Notes under the pieces: generated by a model
What the model was told of the DNA's origin: nothing
Database searches by the model: none
The model's input: only the letters and a program-made list of their open reading frames with translations
Assembly: GCA_963662465.1 (NCBI GenBank)
Contig: OY759599.1
Span: 4,256,001-4,320,000 of the forward strand
DNA length: 64,000 bases
Origin: Desulfatiglandales bacterium
GTDB taxonomy: Bacteria > Desulfobacterota > DSM-4660 > Desulfatiglandales > Desulfatiglandaceae
Reading direction: 5' to 3'
Part shown: positions 9,219 to 20,214 of the stretch, one piece after another
How the letters are laid out: the number at the start of each line of letters is the position of its first letter
How positions within the stretch are numbered: the first letter of the stretch is position 1
Translations under genes and position numbers: made by a program

Positions 9219-10973
9219 CTACTTTTTTCCCACCTGCTCTTTAATAAAATCCTCAACCGGAACATAATCCGTCCCAGTCACCACAAGCTCAACACGGCTC
9301 CAAACATGCAAATCCACTTTTTTTCCGGCATTTCCAGCCACCCGCTTTTCTATGAGACGCACTTCATCCGGTCGAAGGACCCTCGGCCCCACCACCTCCG
9401 CGCGAACAAACCAAACGTCATCGCCGGGCATCGCGTCGATATTGGGGGCAAACATATTGTTGATGCTCGTAATGGCCTTTTTCACCTCGCGCTCCAGTGT
9501 TTCAGCCATAGCCTTATCCGCTTTTGAGAGTCCACCAAAATGCGCTTTGCCATACAATACGCGACCCTTACTGCTCACATCCGTCAAGTCATCCGAACGG
9601 ATGAGCAGGCGAACTTTCTCATCTCCAAGCCTTTCCTGAATGGCCTTTTCAAATCTGGATACCTCCATCGGCGTAAGCGTTCGACCGCTCTGGATACTGG
9701 CCACGACAACCGCTCCATTGGGAAGTTGAACCAGATTTAGATTTTCAAGATCGAGATAAAGCCCCTTATAGTTCTCCAACATTTCCCGAAGCACCTGTTC
9801 GGCGATTTGGATACGCTTGACATTGGGATGAAGCCGACTCGATATGAATTCACCATCCAGATTTCGAGCCACAACACCGCTGGTTGACCCGGTCGATGAA
9901 ATATCCTTGGTCATAACGCAACGCATAATAAGATTGGCGCGGACATCCAGGGTTTTGTCCAATATACCCTGCATTTCTTTTATTTTCTGGGGCGACAATA
10001 CGCGAGGCGTCGTAACCGACGCCAGGATATCAACGCCTGCGCCCTTACGGTTGTAGATGACATCTTCGACGAAAGCGCCCCGTTCCGTAATCAACTCTTT
10101 TTCCAGGATGCCTTTAATGGCCTTAGTCGTCTCATTTTTCGAGATAATACCCACCAAAGCATTGGTCAGAAGGATCGTTACCAAAATCAACCCGACAGCC
10201 GGCGCCAAAAACCGCTTCAGCACATCCATTCCTGAACCCATCTCCTCACGGCTAACAAACCCCGCCATGATAAAAAGCAAGGCGGAAACAGCTAAAATGG
10301 CCAGAAAATTAGCGAAAAAAAGAAGAAAGGCCCCCCATGCCCCCTCAAAAGCCCCAAACGCAATACACAGGCCGCTGACAGCCAAAGGCGGCGTCAGTGC
10401 TGTGGCCATGGCAATACCCGGCAATACCGGACTAATTCGGGCATCAATCATCGCCAGGCAACCCGCCATGCCCGCAAGGGCCGCCACCAGCAAATCAAGC
10501 AGGGTCGGGCTGGTACGGGACAACATTTCCGGTGTTACTTCCTGAGCAAAAGGAAACATGCCCAAGATTGCAGCGCCCCCGATAGCAATCAGCACACCAC
10601 CGAACTCGGCAATGAAAGCCTTTCTCAGAAGAACCATGTCCCCTCGGACAAGACCCAGAGAAATGCCGAAAATCGGCGTCATGAGCGGAGAAACCAGCAT
10701 TGCGCCAATAACCACTGCGGGACTGTTGGTAACAACCCCGAAACCGGCAATCAACACGGAAATGGAAAGAAGCAAATAGTATGTGATCTTTGGCGTAGAA
10801 CCGATCGCAATATCATCGCAAACCTCCGTCTTTCGACATTCATCCACGGAGAGCAGATCTATGTACGATCGCTTGGCACTCTCACTGCACCAAACAAAAA
10901 CCCCAGGTGGAAAACCAGCCCGTTTCTTCCTCTTTTCGCTTTCACCACCTGATGATTGCCGACATTTTTCCAT
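9219..10973 (-). CDS. DUF389 (TIGR00341-like) membrane protein with long C-terminal soluble extension
   Basis: NSPAVVIGAMLVSPLMTPI, RTSPTLLDLLVAALAG, LPGIAMATALTPPL, FLLFFANFLAI. Confidence 0.85.
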   Translation of the reverse strand: MEKCRQSSGGESEKRKKRAGFPPGVFVWCSESAKRSYIDLLSVDECRKTEVCDDIAIGSTPKITYYLLLSISVLIAGFGVVTNSPAVVIGAMLVSPLMTPIFGISLGLVRGDMVLLRKAFIAEFGGVLIAIGGAAILGMFPFAQEVTPEMLSRTSPTLLDLLVAALAGMAGCLAMIDARISPVLPGIAMATALTPPLAVSGLCIAFGAFEGAWGAFLLFFANFLAILAVSALLFIMAGFVSREEMGSGMDVLKRFLAPAVGLILVTILLTNALVGIISKNETTKAIKGILEKELITERGAFVEDVIYNRKGAGVDILASVTTPRVLSPQKIKEMQGILDKTLDVRANLIMRCVMTKDISSTGSTSGVVARNLDGEFISSRLHPNVKRIQIAEQVLREMLENYKGLYLDLENLNLVQLPNGAVVVASIQSGRTLTPMEVSRFEKAIQERLGDEKVRLLIRSDDLTDVSSKGRVLYGKAHFGGLSKADKAMAETLEREVKKAITSINNMFAPNIDAMPGDDVWFVRAEVVGPRVLRPDEVRLIEKRVAGNAGKKVDLHVWSRVELVVTGTDYVPVEDFIKEQVGKK

Positions 10974-11006
10974 GGCTAACCAAAAAACCTTAAAGGAATG
11001 TTAAGC

Positions 11007-11456
11007 TCAAAAAGCATCAAACATGGAAGCATCGCGTCGTTCTATTTCCGAATTGGGCTCGGGATTAACATCAGGATTGACGTCAAGCGTTGGCTCAGGA
11101 TCAACTTCAGATTGTTTCTCACCCGGGTTGCTCTTCACTGCCTTTGAAGGAGACCGTTTTTGCCAAACAAGATTTGCATTTTTTACCCAGCCCACCTGAC
11201 CTGTTCGGGCAACTTTCACATAGGCAAACCCCCGTTCTACCTTGTAGCGAAACACTTTCTCATGAAGCGGCAATTGGGAAATGGGCGTACCGGAAGCCCT
11301 ACATTCGGAAAACATTTTCAGGCCTGAGATACCCGCATAATACACCCTGGGAGCACTGGACTCCCCTCCCGGCCCTAAGCCGGTGGAATCAACCAGCGCA
11401 CAGGCGCACAGAGGAAGAAAAATCGAAACCAAAACAATCATTTTTGAAAATTTCAT
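11007..11456 (-). CDS. Putative lipoprotein with SH3-like domain
   Basis: Signal peptide/lipobox (LPLCAC); FAYVKVARTGQVGWV SH3b-like segment; low-complexity Pro/Glu tail. Confidence 0.6.
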   Translation of the reverse strand: MKFSKMIVLVSIFLPLCACALVDSTGLGPGGESSAPRVYYAGISGLKMFSECRASGTPISQLPLHEKVFRYKVERGFAYVKVARTGQVGWVKNANLVWQKRSPSKAVKSNPGEKQSEVDPEPTLDVNPDVNPEPNSEIERRDASMFDAF

Positions 11457-11556
11457 CACAGCATCCGCCTCAAATGAGTAACGGAATTCAGTATAAGAAA
11501 AAAACCATCCCCATTTCAAGTCCAAATATGAACCTGAGGAAATCCTCTACGCACGG

Positions 11557-13083
11557 TTATTGCGTTCCCCCATAAATGTCTTTTACCTTTGCCCTGTCGA
11601 TGGCGCCATCTTCCAGGCAGGGCAACTCCGATACAAACTCAACATATTGAGGCTTTTTGTACCTTGCAATGCGCTCTCCCACAAAGTCGATCAACGCCCG
11701 GGCTTCAATGGTTTCCCCTTCTTTCAACACACAGACCGCTTTGATGCCTTCTTTCCACTTGGAATCCGGAACACCGATAACAACCGTTTCAGCGATTGCC
11801 GGATGCTCGGAAATGGCCTTTTCAACCTCCACCGGGTAGACATTTTCCCCTCCCGGCTTGATCAACTCCTTTTCCGCCTTACGTCCCGCATACCAGAGAA
11901 ATCCATCGTCGTCGAACCGTCCCTGATCGCCGGTATGGTGCCACCCACCCCTGAAGGTGTATTCATTGTCCTCCGGCAGATTCCAGTACCCTTTAAACAC
12001 CATAGGCCCTTTTACCATAATTTCACCGACCTGCCCAATGGGAACCGGAAGGTCATCGTCGTCCACAAGCCTTACCTCGGCCATTGGGAGTGTTTTGCCC
12101 GCTGAACCCGGTCGATCATTGTATGGCCCATAGGTGGCCAGACAGGAGGTTTCCGTCTGACCGTACATGGCATAGAAAATACCACCCGTCATTTTCTGGT
12201 ATTTTTCTATGGTATCGGGCACTTCCAACCCCGTCACGGCCCGGAGAGAACTGATGTCGACGCCTGTTTTTTCATGCTGTTCCAAAATACCGCCCAAAAT
12301 GGGAGGAAATTCGAGCATTACGGAAATTTTCTTTTCCTGGATTAATTCAACCGCTCTTGCCGCGTCAAATTTGCCGACATTCAAATTCAGCGCCCCTGCA
12401 TGAAAGGCGGCGGTTGCCATAAAAAGACCCCCCACATGAAACAGGGGCAAAACATTGTAGTGAACATCTTTGGTGGTAAGATTCAGCAGACAATTAAACT
12501 GCATATTGGCACATAACACATTCCCGTGGCTCAGTAGAGCCCCCCTGGGCCTGCCAGCCACGGCGGCCGTATGGATAATCACAAACCCGTCATCGCTCGC
12601 CACGTCCACCAGGTCAAACGCCGCACCCTGTTCCATAAGCGTTCGAAATGGCGTATAGCCGCCATTGCCCGATCCAAGGTTAAAACAGGCATTCACCGAA
12701 AGCAGTTGCTTCCGGAGCCCCTTGACCACTTCCTCGAATTCAGCATCCACGAATAGGATTTTCGGACCACAGTCATTCAGATTATAGGCCACTTCGTCAA
12801 CGGAGAGACGCCAGTTGATGGGCAACACAATGGCGCCCAAGGCAGCGGCGGCCCCATACAGGAGAAAATAAGAAAGGCTGTTTTTTCCCAGGATTCCAAT
12901 ACGGTCGCCCTTTTCAATTCCGGATTTTTGCAGTCCGCAAGCCAGTCGATCCATTTCCATCTTGATCTCGGAAAACGAAAATACCCGGTTATCTCCCCCA
13001 TCGTCCATCCAGGCCTGCCCCTCTTTGTAGATGGCAGCATTGCGATTGACCAGGTCATAGAACGTAAAATCGTAAAGTCCCAT
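11557..13083 (-). CDS. Acyl-CoA synthetase-like (ANL superfamily) protein with atypical P-loop
   Basis: Start MGLYDFTFY after GAGG; YGQTETS, GWHHTGD, IKPGGENVYPVEVE; P-loop reads IIHTAAVAGRPRG. Confidence 0.85.
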   Translation of the reverse strand: MGLYDFTFYDLVNRNAAIYKEGQAWMDDGGDNRVFSFSEIKMEMDRLACGLQKSGIEKGDRIGILGKNSLSYFLLYGAAAALGAIVLPINWRLSVDEVAYNLNDCGPKILFVDAEFEEVVKGLRKQLLSVNACFNLGSGNGGYTPFRTLMEQGAAFDLVDVASDDGFVIIHTAAVAGRPRGALLSHGNVLCANMQFNCLLNLTTKDVHYNVLPLFHVGGLFMATAAFHAGALNLNVGKFDAARAVELIQEKKISVMLEFPPILGGILEQHEKTGVDISSLRAVTGLEVPDTIEKYQKMTGGIFYAMYGQTETSCLATYGPYNDRPGSAGKTLPMAEVRLVDDDDLPVPIGQVGEIMVKGPMVFKGYWNLPEDNEYTFRGGWHHTGDQGRFDDDGFLWYAGRKAEKELIKPGGENVYPVEVEKAISEHPAIAETVVIGVPDSKWKEGIKAVCVLKEGETIEARALIDFVGERIARYKKPQYVEFVSELPCLEDGAIDRAKVKDIYGGTQ

Positions 13084-13199
13084 AATCTTCCTCATAAAAA
13101 AAAGGCCTTCACCCTGCCTTTTACTTTTTTGCAAGAGGGCGGATGAAGGCCATTGGTGCTCATTTATTTTCATTACGGGGTATTAAACCCCACACTTGG

Positions 13200-13805
13200 T
13201 TACTGCACATCAACCTTATAGGGGTACACCATGGTGACATTCCCCGCAGTAAACGTAAAACCACACTCCGTAAGCGTCACAGGCGTCGTCCCTTCGGGAA
13301 CCCCTTTCCACCATTTTTCCAGGGTGGCCCAATTCTCCCAGCCCCGCTTTTTCACCTCAACGGCGTTAGCCAGCAAAAGGCCGAGCAACGCGGACCGAAC
13401 GGTAACGAGCGTCGTCACCTTGACCTCGTCGGCCATGCCCACCGGGATCCAATTGGACATCTGGTCGGCGGTGGTCATCACGGTAAAGTCCTTGTCAAAA
13501 ACCACCGAATACTTGATCTCTTCAAGATTGATGGGATAGGGGTTGGGATTGGTCACTTTGAAGGTGAACGTCATGGGCAGAAAAGCGCCCCGATCCCCGG
13601 CCTCTCCTTTTGTGGGTTTCACAGACTTGGCGATATACCAATAGCCATCATACTGTGGAATTTCGAATCCTGCCAATTCAATCTTTGGCGCCACAAAATT
13701 ACTATTATTCGGTTTAATCTGTGTCTCAGTCGTCACACAGGATGAAAAAACCAGACCGCATCCAAACAGCAGCGCTGTCAAAAGTATCAAAGTCTTCTTC
13801 ATCAT
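13200..13805 (-). CDS. Lipoprotein, possibly LEA_2/WHy-like fold
   Basis: Lipobox VFSSC; FKVTNPNPYPINL motif typical of LEA_2/WHy domains. Confidence 0.6.
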   Translation of the reverse strand: MMKKTLILLTALLFGCGLVFSSCVTTETQIKPNNSNFVAPKIELAGFEIPQYDGYWYIAKSVKPTKGEAGDRGAFLPMTFTFKVTNPNPYPINLEEIKYSVVFDKDFTVMTTADQMSNWIPVGMADEVKVTTLVTVRSALLGLLLANAVEVKKRGWENWATLEKWWKGVPEGTTPVTLTECGFTFTAGNVTMVYPYKVDVQ

Positions 13806-13846
13806 TGGACCTCCCTTTTTCCGTCATCATCGAAATCTGTTTTATA

Positions 13847-14653
13847 TCAGCTCAACCACCTTTTTCTTCGCTTATAATGTTTTACATCGCGAAAGCTCTT
13901 TTTAACGCCGCCCCCCATACCCAGATAGAAATCCTTGATGTCCTCATTCTGACTTAATTTCTCGGAAGGATCATCCATAACAATTCTACCGGTTTCCATC
14001 ACATAGGCATAGGGTGCAATGGTCAACGCCAGTTTCACATTCTGTTCCACCAGAAGGATGGAAATTTTCTCCTCCCGATTCAGTTTGGTGATAATATTGA
14101 AAATTTCATGAATCAGCATGGGCGCAAGCCCCATGGAGGGCTCATCCAGCAATATCAATTTGGGCTCGGTCATCATGGCCCGCCCCACAACCGCCATCTG
14201 CTGTTCGCCACCGCTGACAAAGCCGGCGGTTTCCCCTCTTTTTTCCAGCAGTCTCGGAAAATAATGATACACCATTTGAAGGCCGTCTTTTACCGACCCG
14301 GTCTTCCTCAGATGAGCGCCCACCTTGAGGTTTTCCTCAACGGTTAGATGTTCAAAAACTTTTCGCCCTTCAATCACCTGAACGATGCCGGCCTTAGCGA
14401 TCTTTGCGGCCTTAGCGTGATGAATGGGTTTCCCCTCATACTCAATGCTGCCATCGGTCACTTCCCCGTCTTCGGTTTTCAGCAAACCGGAAATGGCTTT
14501 CAGGGTCGTGCTTTTCCCTGCACCGTTGGCGCCCAGAAGCGCCACCATCCCACCACGGGGAACCTCAATGGAAACGCCTTTGAGCACCAGAATAACCTCA
14601 TGGTACTTGACCTCTATGTTCTTGATCTTAAGGATTGCCTCTGATGTCTCCAA
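13847..14653 (-). CDS. Liv-type ABC transporter ATP-binding protein (LivF-like)
   Basis: GANGAGKST, VSGGEQQM, LLDEPSMGLAP, LLVEQN. Confidence 0.92.
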   Translation of the reverse strand: METSEAILKIKNIEVKYHEVILVLKGVSIEVPRGGMVALLGANGAGKSTTLKAISGLLKTEDGEVTDGSIEYEGKPIHHAKAAKIAKAGIVQVIEGRKVFEHLTVEENLKVGAHLRKTGSVKDGLQMVYHYFPRLLEKRGETAGFVSGGEQQMAVVGRAMMTEPKLILLDEPSMGLAPMLIHEIFNIITKLNREEKISILLVEQNVKLALTIAPYAYVMETGRIVMDDPSEKLSQNEDIKDFYLGMGGGVKKSFRDVKHYKRRKRWLS

Positions 14654-14712
14654 GACATTACCTCCAAACGTGATGGTTTAAAACGGCAGTTTGACAAAAA
14701 GGCATCATCCGT

Positions 14713-15987
14713 TTAATAGCCAAAAAAGCCGCCATCTTTTTCGGATTTTTCCCAAAGATCAGGCCATCTTTTCTTCAGATCTACATCCTCCACCACTTGA
14801 AACGTTCCACCTTTCCATTCCTGAACACGGCACCCGGTAGCCGGGCGGTGATCCGTCGCTGTAAAACTAATGGGGGCTGCGCCCAGACCGATATCAAAAT
14901 TGCGCATGGTCTCAAAGCCCTTCTTCATAATCTCGGGACCGGCGCCTTTCTTGGTGATGTCAACGCCTGCCGCATCGGCTCGTTTCAAGGCCTCCCAAAA
15001 AACCAAAGCATCCCCCCAGGCCTGGACCGTTCGGTTGAGTCTTTTGCCGATGGGCACGCCGGGACTGTATTTTTCCGCTGATGAAACCACCAGGTCCATG
15101 TTTTTCACGTTCTGACCGAAAAATGCACATGGTGTAGCACCCATCACCCCTTCGGCCGCCTCACCAGCCAGCCTGGGCAAGTTTTCATCCAATCCCCAGT
15201 TATCAACGATCCAGTCTGCCCCCAATCCCAGCGCATAAGCATCCCGAACCGTTGCCGCGACGCTCATGGTGGTATTGCCATGCCACACCACGTCGGGCTT
15301 AAAGGATTTCATAGCCATGACCTGACTCTTGGTATCGAGCGCAAAAAGGGAAACATCCTGATCCGGTCCGATCTCAAAGCCCAGGAGCTTAGCCTGATTT
15401 TTGATGGCCTTAATGGGCGCCGAGCAATAGGGCGATGCAAACATGTAACAGCAAGAGAATCGGGGTTTCCGCTTCCCGAAATCAGGCTTCTGGGGCCATT
15501 TCTTATCAAACCATGCCGTAAGGCATGACCTGGCGTTGGTGGAATAATCCGATGCAAAAAAGAGATTGTAGGGCGTCTTCGCGGGATTCGTCAAATGGGC
15601 CGAATAGGATGCCGACACATAGGGAATCTTGTCCTTGTTGACGGTGGGTGAAAGGGCTTCCGTATCGCCGGTTCCCCACCCCATAATACCAACGGAACCC
15701 AAACGTTTCAACATCTTATACTTGGTAATGGCCTCGGGAATCCGGTAACCATAGTCAAACCAGGTGTATTTGATTTTCTTACCATTGACGCCCCCCTGAC
15801 TGTTGATATATTTAAAAGCGTCCGACATACCGTAGGCATAATCTTTCCCCACATCCGAAGTGGCGCCGGTACAGTCCATAATTCCCCCGACCCTGACGTC
15901 CTTAGCGGCGGCAGCCGTCCCAAAACCCACCATAAAAGCCACTGCCAGCAACAGAACTCCTAATCTTGTAAGCATACCCTTTCTCAT
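14713..15987 (-). CDS. Liv-type ABC transporter substrate-binding protein
   Basis: Signal peptide; GATSDVG, INSQGGVNGKKI, GWGTGDTEAL (type 1 periplasmic binding fold). Confidence 0.9.
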   Translation of the reverse strand: MRKGMLTRLGVLLLAVAFMVGFGTAAAAKDVRVGGIMDCTGATSDVGKDYAYGMSDAFKYINSQGGVNGKKIKYTWFDYGYRIPEAITKYKMLKRLGSVGIMGWGTGDTEALSPTVNKDKIPYVSASYSAHLTNPAKTPYNLFFASDYSTNARSCLTAWFDKKWPQKPDFGKRKPRFSCCYMFASPYCSAPIKAIKNQAKLLGFEIGPDQDVSLFALDTKSQVMAMKSFKPDVVWHGNTTMSVAATVRDAYALGLGADWIVDNWGLDENLPRLAGEAAEGVMGATPCAFFGQNVKNMDLVVSSAEKYSPGVPIGKRLNRTVQAWGDALVFWEALKRADAAGVDITKKGAGPEIMKKGFETMRNFDIGLGAAPISFTATDHRPATGCRVQEWKGGTFQVVEDVDLKKRWPDLWEKSEKDGGFFGY

Positions 15988-16189
15988 AAATTTATCCCCC
16001 CTAATTATACGCTTGAGTACGAAACTTTCATGTCAATCTATACCACCGACAATAAAAACATTTGGCTTATAAAGACGACCCTCACCCCCTTTCTCCAAAA
16101 CAGCCTCATGAGAACCGTCGGTAGAATTCCGCCACAGGCAGAATATTGCATCCAAATCAAAACACCATGCACAACAATACCTTATTATA

Positions 16190-17290
16190 CTAGTAAGAAA
16201 ACGGCCACAGATTAAAATAGTTCTTCGCCTGCCACCAGCGGTAGGCAAGGCCGTTGGGTTCGTAAATTAAGAAAGCGCAGATGGCCAACCCAAAAGCCAT
16301 ATCTTTTACATAGGCAAAATCCATCAGGAGATTCGGAAAATAGTCCGCCAGGGGAATGACGGCAAGCTGCAGAACTTCCATCACCACCACCATGAAAATC
16401 GATCCGAAAACAGCTCCCTGAATCGACCCCACCCCTCCGATGAGAATCACCCCCACCAACCATAAGCTCAAAAACCATTGAAAATGCTCAGGGCTCAGAG
16501 CAGCGGTATTACACACCCAGAAAGCCCCGGCGATACCGGCCATGAATCCGGCCACAAAAAAGGCCAGAAGCTTATACCATACAATATTGATCCCCAGCGC
16601 TTCGGCGGCGATATCGTTATCCCGGATGGCCACCCAGGCCCGGCCCGGTTTGGAACGGAGCAGGTTGGCCAGAACGATAATCATCAAGGACAGCAGCACC
16701 ACCATCACAAAATAGACGCTCAACTCGGTGTCAATGACCCAGGGACCGATCTTGATGGTGCCCGGCGGCAGGGAAAAGGCCTGCCCTCGCCCGCCAATCT
16801 GGCTGATATACTGGGTTAAAATAAAATCCACCGTGATGAACTGCGCTGCCATGGTGGTCAAGATCAGGTAAAACCCTTTGACCTTGACGGACGGCAATCC
16901 AAACAAGACACTCCACAGTCCGGCAACAATACCCGCCGCAATAATGCTTACGGGATAGGCCAGGCCCGCATCCAACATAAACTGGGGCCAGGGGAACTGC
17001 AGCACCAACATGGTGCTGGTGTAGGCGCCCACCGCTATAAAGGCGGCATGTCCTAATGTCAGAAGCCCCGCATATCCGATGAGCAACTGGACCCCCAAAG
17101 CGCCCATGGCCGTGTACCCCACCATGGTAGCCACACTCATCCAATACCCATCAAACACGAGGGGAATCCCCACAAAAGCAACCAACAACAGCAGGATCAT
17201 CTTCCCTTTGATGAATTTGGACTGCCACCATCCCTGATCTTCATGGTAATTCTGATGGTAATCACCGCAAGGCAACCATACGCTGCTCAT
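16190..17290 (-). CDS. Liv-type ABC transporter permease (LivM-like)
   Basis: GYAGLLTLGHAAF, KGFYLILTT, GRAWVAIRDNDIAAEALGI. Confidence 0.9.
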   Translation of the reverse strand: MSSVWLPCGDYHQNYHEDQGWWQSKFIKGKMILLLLVAFVGIPLVFDGYWMSVATMVGYTAMGALGVQLLIGYAGLLTLGHAAFIAVGAYTSTMLVLQFPWPQFMLDAGLAYPVSIIAAGIVAGLWSVLFGLPSVKVKGFYLILTTMAAQFITVDFILTQYISQIGGRGQAFSLPPGTIKIGPWVIDTELSVYFVMVVLLSLMIIVLANLLRSKPGRAWVAIRDNDIAAEALGINIVWYKLLAFFVAGFMAGIAGAFWVCNTAALSPEHFQWFLSLWLVGVILIGGVGSIQGAVFGSIFMVVVMEVLQLAVIPLADYFPNLLMDFAYVKDMAFGLAICAFLIYEPNGLAYRWWQAKNYFNLWPFSY

Positions 17291-17355
17291 ACATACCCCC
17301 TAGGAAATTTTGGAGTTCTGAATTTCACGCGGTCCTTACAAAAAACCGCATTCCC

Positions 17356-18240
17356 TTACACTCTTTCAATCCGCTCCCAACCCCATAAACCATAGGGCTT
17401 AAAGAGGAGAAAAACCGCCATGAAAACAAAGGGCACGATTTCCTTTACGCCCCCCGGAAAATACTGATCCAGATAAGTGCCCGAAAAATTTTGTAGCAAA
17501 CCGATCAAAATGCCGCCGACGATAGCCCCGGGGACTGAATTCAGACCGCCCAGCACAACCGCCGGCAACACGAGTAATCCCAGATAACCCACTGAAATAT
17601 TGATGCCGTTGATATTTCCCAGGAGCGCACCGCCAACCCCCGCACTCATAAAAGCAATGGACCAGGCCGCGGCGTACACGAAACGTGCACTGACCCCTAA
17701 TGAGAGGGCTGCCGTCTCATCATCGGCCGTAGCCTGCATGGAAAGGCCCCAACGGGTATATTTGAAAAAGCACATGAAAACGATGAGCAACACAATGGCC
17801 AGGATGAAGGACCAGAGATACACCGGTGAAATCTTGAGAATCCCCAGCGAAATCGGCTTGATATCAAAAACAGGCGGTTCAAAAACCCTGGTGTCCGACC
17901 CCCAGAGATATCCAATAAGCCCCTTCAGGAAAAAAGAAAGGCCCACGGTCACCATGATGACGGCCAAAATCGGCTCACCGATCAGACGGTCCAGAAATAT
18001 CCGTTCGGTCAAAAACCCCAGCACAATCCCCACCAGAAGCGTCAGGAATACCGCCAGAATAAAAGGAACGCCGGCATTGTGAAAGCTATAGGTCACATAG
18101 GCCCCGATCAGGGTTAATTCCCCCATGGCCAGATTCAGAACGCCTGAACATTTGTAGATGAGAACCCATCCCAGGGCCACCAGGGCATAAATCCCCCCTA
18201 CCATAATCCCCGTGGTCAAGCTCATAAAAAACAGCTCCAT
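17356..18240 (-). CDS. Liv-type ABC transporter permease (LivH-like)
   Basis: GGIYALVALGWVLIYK, NLAMGE, TRWGLSMQATADD, VVLGGLNS. Confidence 0.9.
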   Translation of the reverse strand: MELFFMSLTTGIMVGGIYALVALGWVLIYKCSGVLNLAMGELTLIGAYVTYSFHNAGVPFILAVFLTLLVGIVLGFLTERIFLDRLIGEPILAVIMVTVGLSFFLKGLIGYLWGSDTRVFEPPVFDIKPISLGILKISPVYLWSFILAIVLLIVFMCFFKYTRWGLSMQATADDETAALSLGVSARFVYAAAWSIAFMSAGVGGALLGNINGINISVGYLGLLVLPAVVLGGLNSVPGAIVGGILIGLLQNFSGTYLDQYFPGGVKEIVPFVFMAVFLLFKPYGLWGWERIERV

Positions 18241-18283
18241 TCGCTCCCTCCTCGCTTATCTGTTTAGCATGCTGATGTTCTTA

Positions 18284-20206
18284 TCAAATATTGATTTTCT
18301 GAACCCGCAAATCGGTTTTAATACGCTGCTCCCGTCCATCCTCGTAAGTAATCGTGGTATCCATGTGAACCACATCCACATCGGAATAAAGCGCATCCAC
18401 AATGTCCTTGTAACGTTCGGTGACAAAAGCGCGGCGAAGTTTCGAGGTTCGGGTCAACTCCTCGTCATCCGCATCAAATACTTTGTACAGGTTCACAAAT
18501 TTATTGATCTTCGCGGGGCCCGGCAGGTCTTTGTTGGCCTCTTCGATCTGCTGCTGAACCAGGTCATAGACTTCCCGCTTTTGAGAAAGTTCAGGGTAAC
18601 TGGTATAGTTGAGTTTGCGATCATCGGCCCATTTTCCCACCACAGCATAGTCAATACACATGACGGCCGTGATAAACTCCTTCTTGTCCCCAATGGCCCA
18701 GGCCTCCTCAATAAAAGGGCTGAACTTCAACCGGGTCTCCAGATACTGGGGAGAAAATGGCCTTCCATCATTCAGGGTCATAACATCCTTGGTTCGGTCA
18801 AATACCACCAGATGGCCGTCTTCATCAATAAAACCCCTGTCCCCGGAATAGAGCCAGCCATCCACCAGGGTTTTCCGAGTGGCCTCATCGTTTTTGTAAT
18901 ACCCTAAAAAAACGGAGGGGCTTTTGGAGAGGATTTCACCCTCTTCGTTGATCTTCACCTCGGTTTCCGGAATGGGCGTCCCGACCGTATCAAATTTGAC
19001 GTCTCCATCCCTGTGGACAATGGAAATGCCGGCAATCTCGGTCTGGCCGTAAATCTGTTTGAGATTGACCCCCAGGGCGTGAAAAAAGCGGAAATGGTCC
19101 GGGCCCATGGCGGCGCCCCCCGTATAACAATGTCGCAGTCTTGAAAGCCCCAAATGATCCTTCAGTTTTTTCTGCATGGCAATGTAAGCCACCCAGTTCA
19201 GCAGCTTCAAACCCAAGGGGATCGGTTTATTCTCAAACTGGAGATTCGCCACTTTATAGCCCATTTTTGTTGCGAATTCATACACTTTTCTTTTAATCCA
19301 GGTGGAATCGATGTATTTGACCTGAACCTGGCGCGTCATGCCTTCGTAGAGTCTGGGCGGTGCGAACATCACATGGGGACCGATTTCTCGAATATTGTCC
19401 TGGGCCGTATCCGGTTCTTCCGGAAAATTTACCGTATATCCCACCTGAAGGCCGCAGGAAATGGACATCATCTGCTCCCCTATCCATGCAAAGGGGAGAT
19501 AGGAAACAAAATCGTCGGTATCATAACAGGGATCGACCGCCATCAAATTATGCCCCATGGTCAACATATTCCAGTGGCTTAACAGGACCCCTTTGGGCAG
19601 GGATGTGGTTCCCGAAGTGTAAAACAGCAGGCAAACATCGTCGCCCGTGCCCTGCGCAACAAGATTCTCAAAGAGATCGGGCTCTTTCCGATCCAGCTCT
19701 CGACCCAGATCCTGAACTTTTTCAAGGCTCATGAGATAATCCTGATGATAGTTTCTCATACCCTTGGGATCATCCCACAATATTTTTTCCATTTTTGGGC
19801 ACTCTTCCCTGATGGAAAGCGCTTTATCCACTTCTTCCTGGCTTTCTCCCACAAAAATTTTGGTATCGGAATGGTCAATGATGTACTTCACTTCGTCCAT
19901 CATGCAGTCCTGGAACAACCACACGGCAACGCCGCCGGCGCAAAGGGCCGCCATCTCCGCCCAAAGACCTTCAGGGCGGTTATCCCCGATCATGGCCACC
20001 TTGTCCCCCGGCTTCAAACCGAGACTGATCATCCCTAATGAAAGATATTTGACATTGTCATAATAATCCTGCCAGGTAAAAGGGATCCAGATGCCGAACT
20101 CCTTTTCCCTCATGGCCACCTTGTTCTTGCCATACTTTCTGCATTGTTTGACAAAAAGCTTGGGAATCGTAAGGTCCTTGGTGATTTCTATTCCAACTTC
20201 AGTCAT
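18284..20206 (-). CDS. Long-chain-fatty-acid--CoA ligase
   Basis: FYTSGTTSLPKG, YGQTEIAG, GWLYSGD, ELTRTSKLRR. Confidence 0.9.
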   Translation of the reverse strand: MTEVGIEITKDLTIPKLFVKQCRKYGKNKVAMREKEFGIWIPFTWQDYYDNVKYLSLGMISLGLKPGDKVAMIGDNRPEGLWAEMAALCAGGVAVWLFQDCMMDEVKYIIDHSDTKIFVGESQEEVDKALSIREECPKMEKILWDDPKGMRNYHQDYLMSLEKVQDLGRELDRKEPDLFENLVAQGTGDDVCLLFYTSGTTSLPKGVLLSHWNMLTMGHNLMAVDPCYDTDDFVSYLPFAWIGEQMMSISCGLQVGYTVNFPEEPDTAQDNIREIGPHVMFAPPRLYEGMTRQVQVKYIDSTWIKRKVYEFATKMGYKVANLQFENKPIPLGLKLLNWVAYIAMQKKLKDHLGLSRLRHCYTGGAAMGPDHFRFFHALGVNLKQIYGQTEIAGISIVHRDGDVKFDTVGTPIPETEVKINEEGEILSKSPSVFLGYYKNDEATRKTLVDGWLYSGDRGFIDEDGHLVVFDRTKDVMTLNDGRPFSPQYLETRLKFSPFIEEAWAIGDKKEFITAVMCIDYAVVGKWADDRKLNYTSYPELSQKREVYDLVQQQIEEANKDLPGPAKINKFVNLYKVFDADDEELTRTSKLRRAFVTERYKDIVDALYSDVDVVHMDTTITYEDGREQRIKTDLRVQKINI

Positions 20207-20214
20207 CGCTTCAT

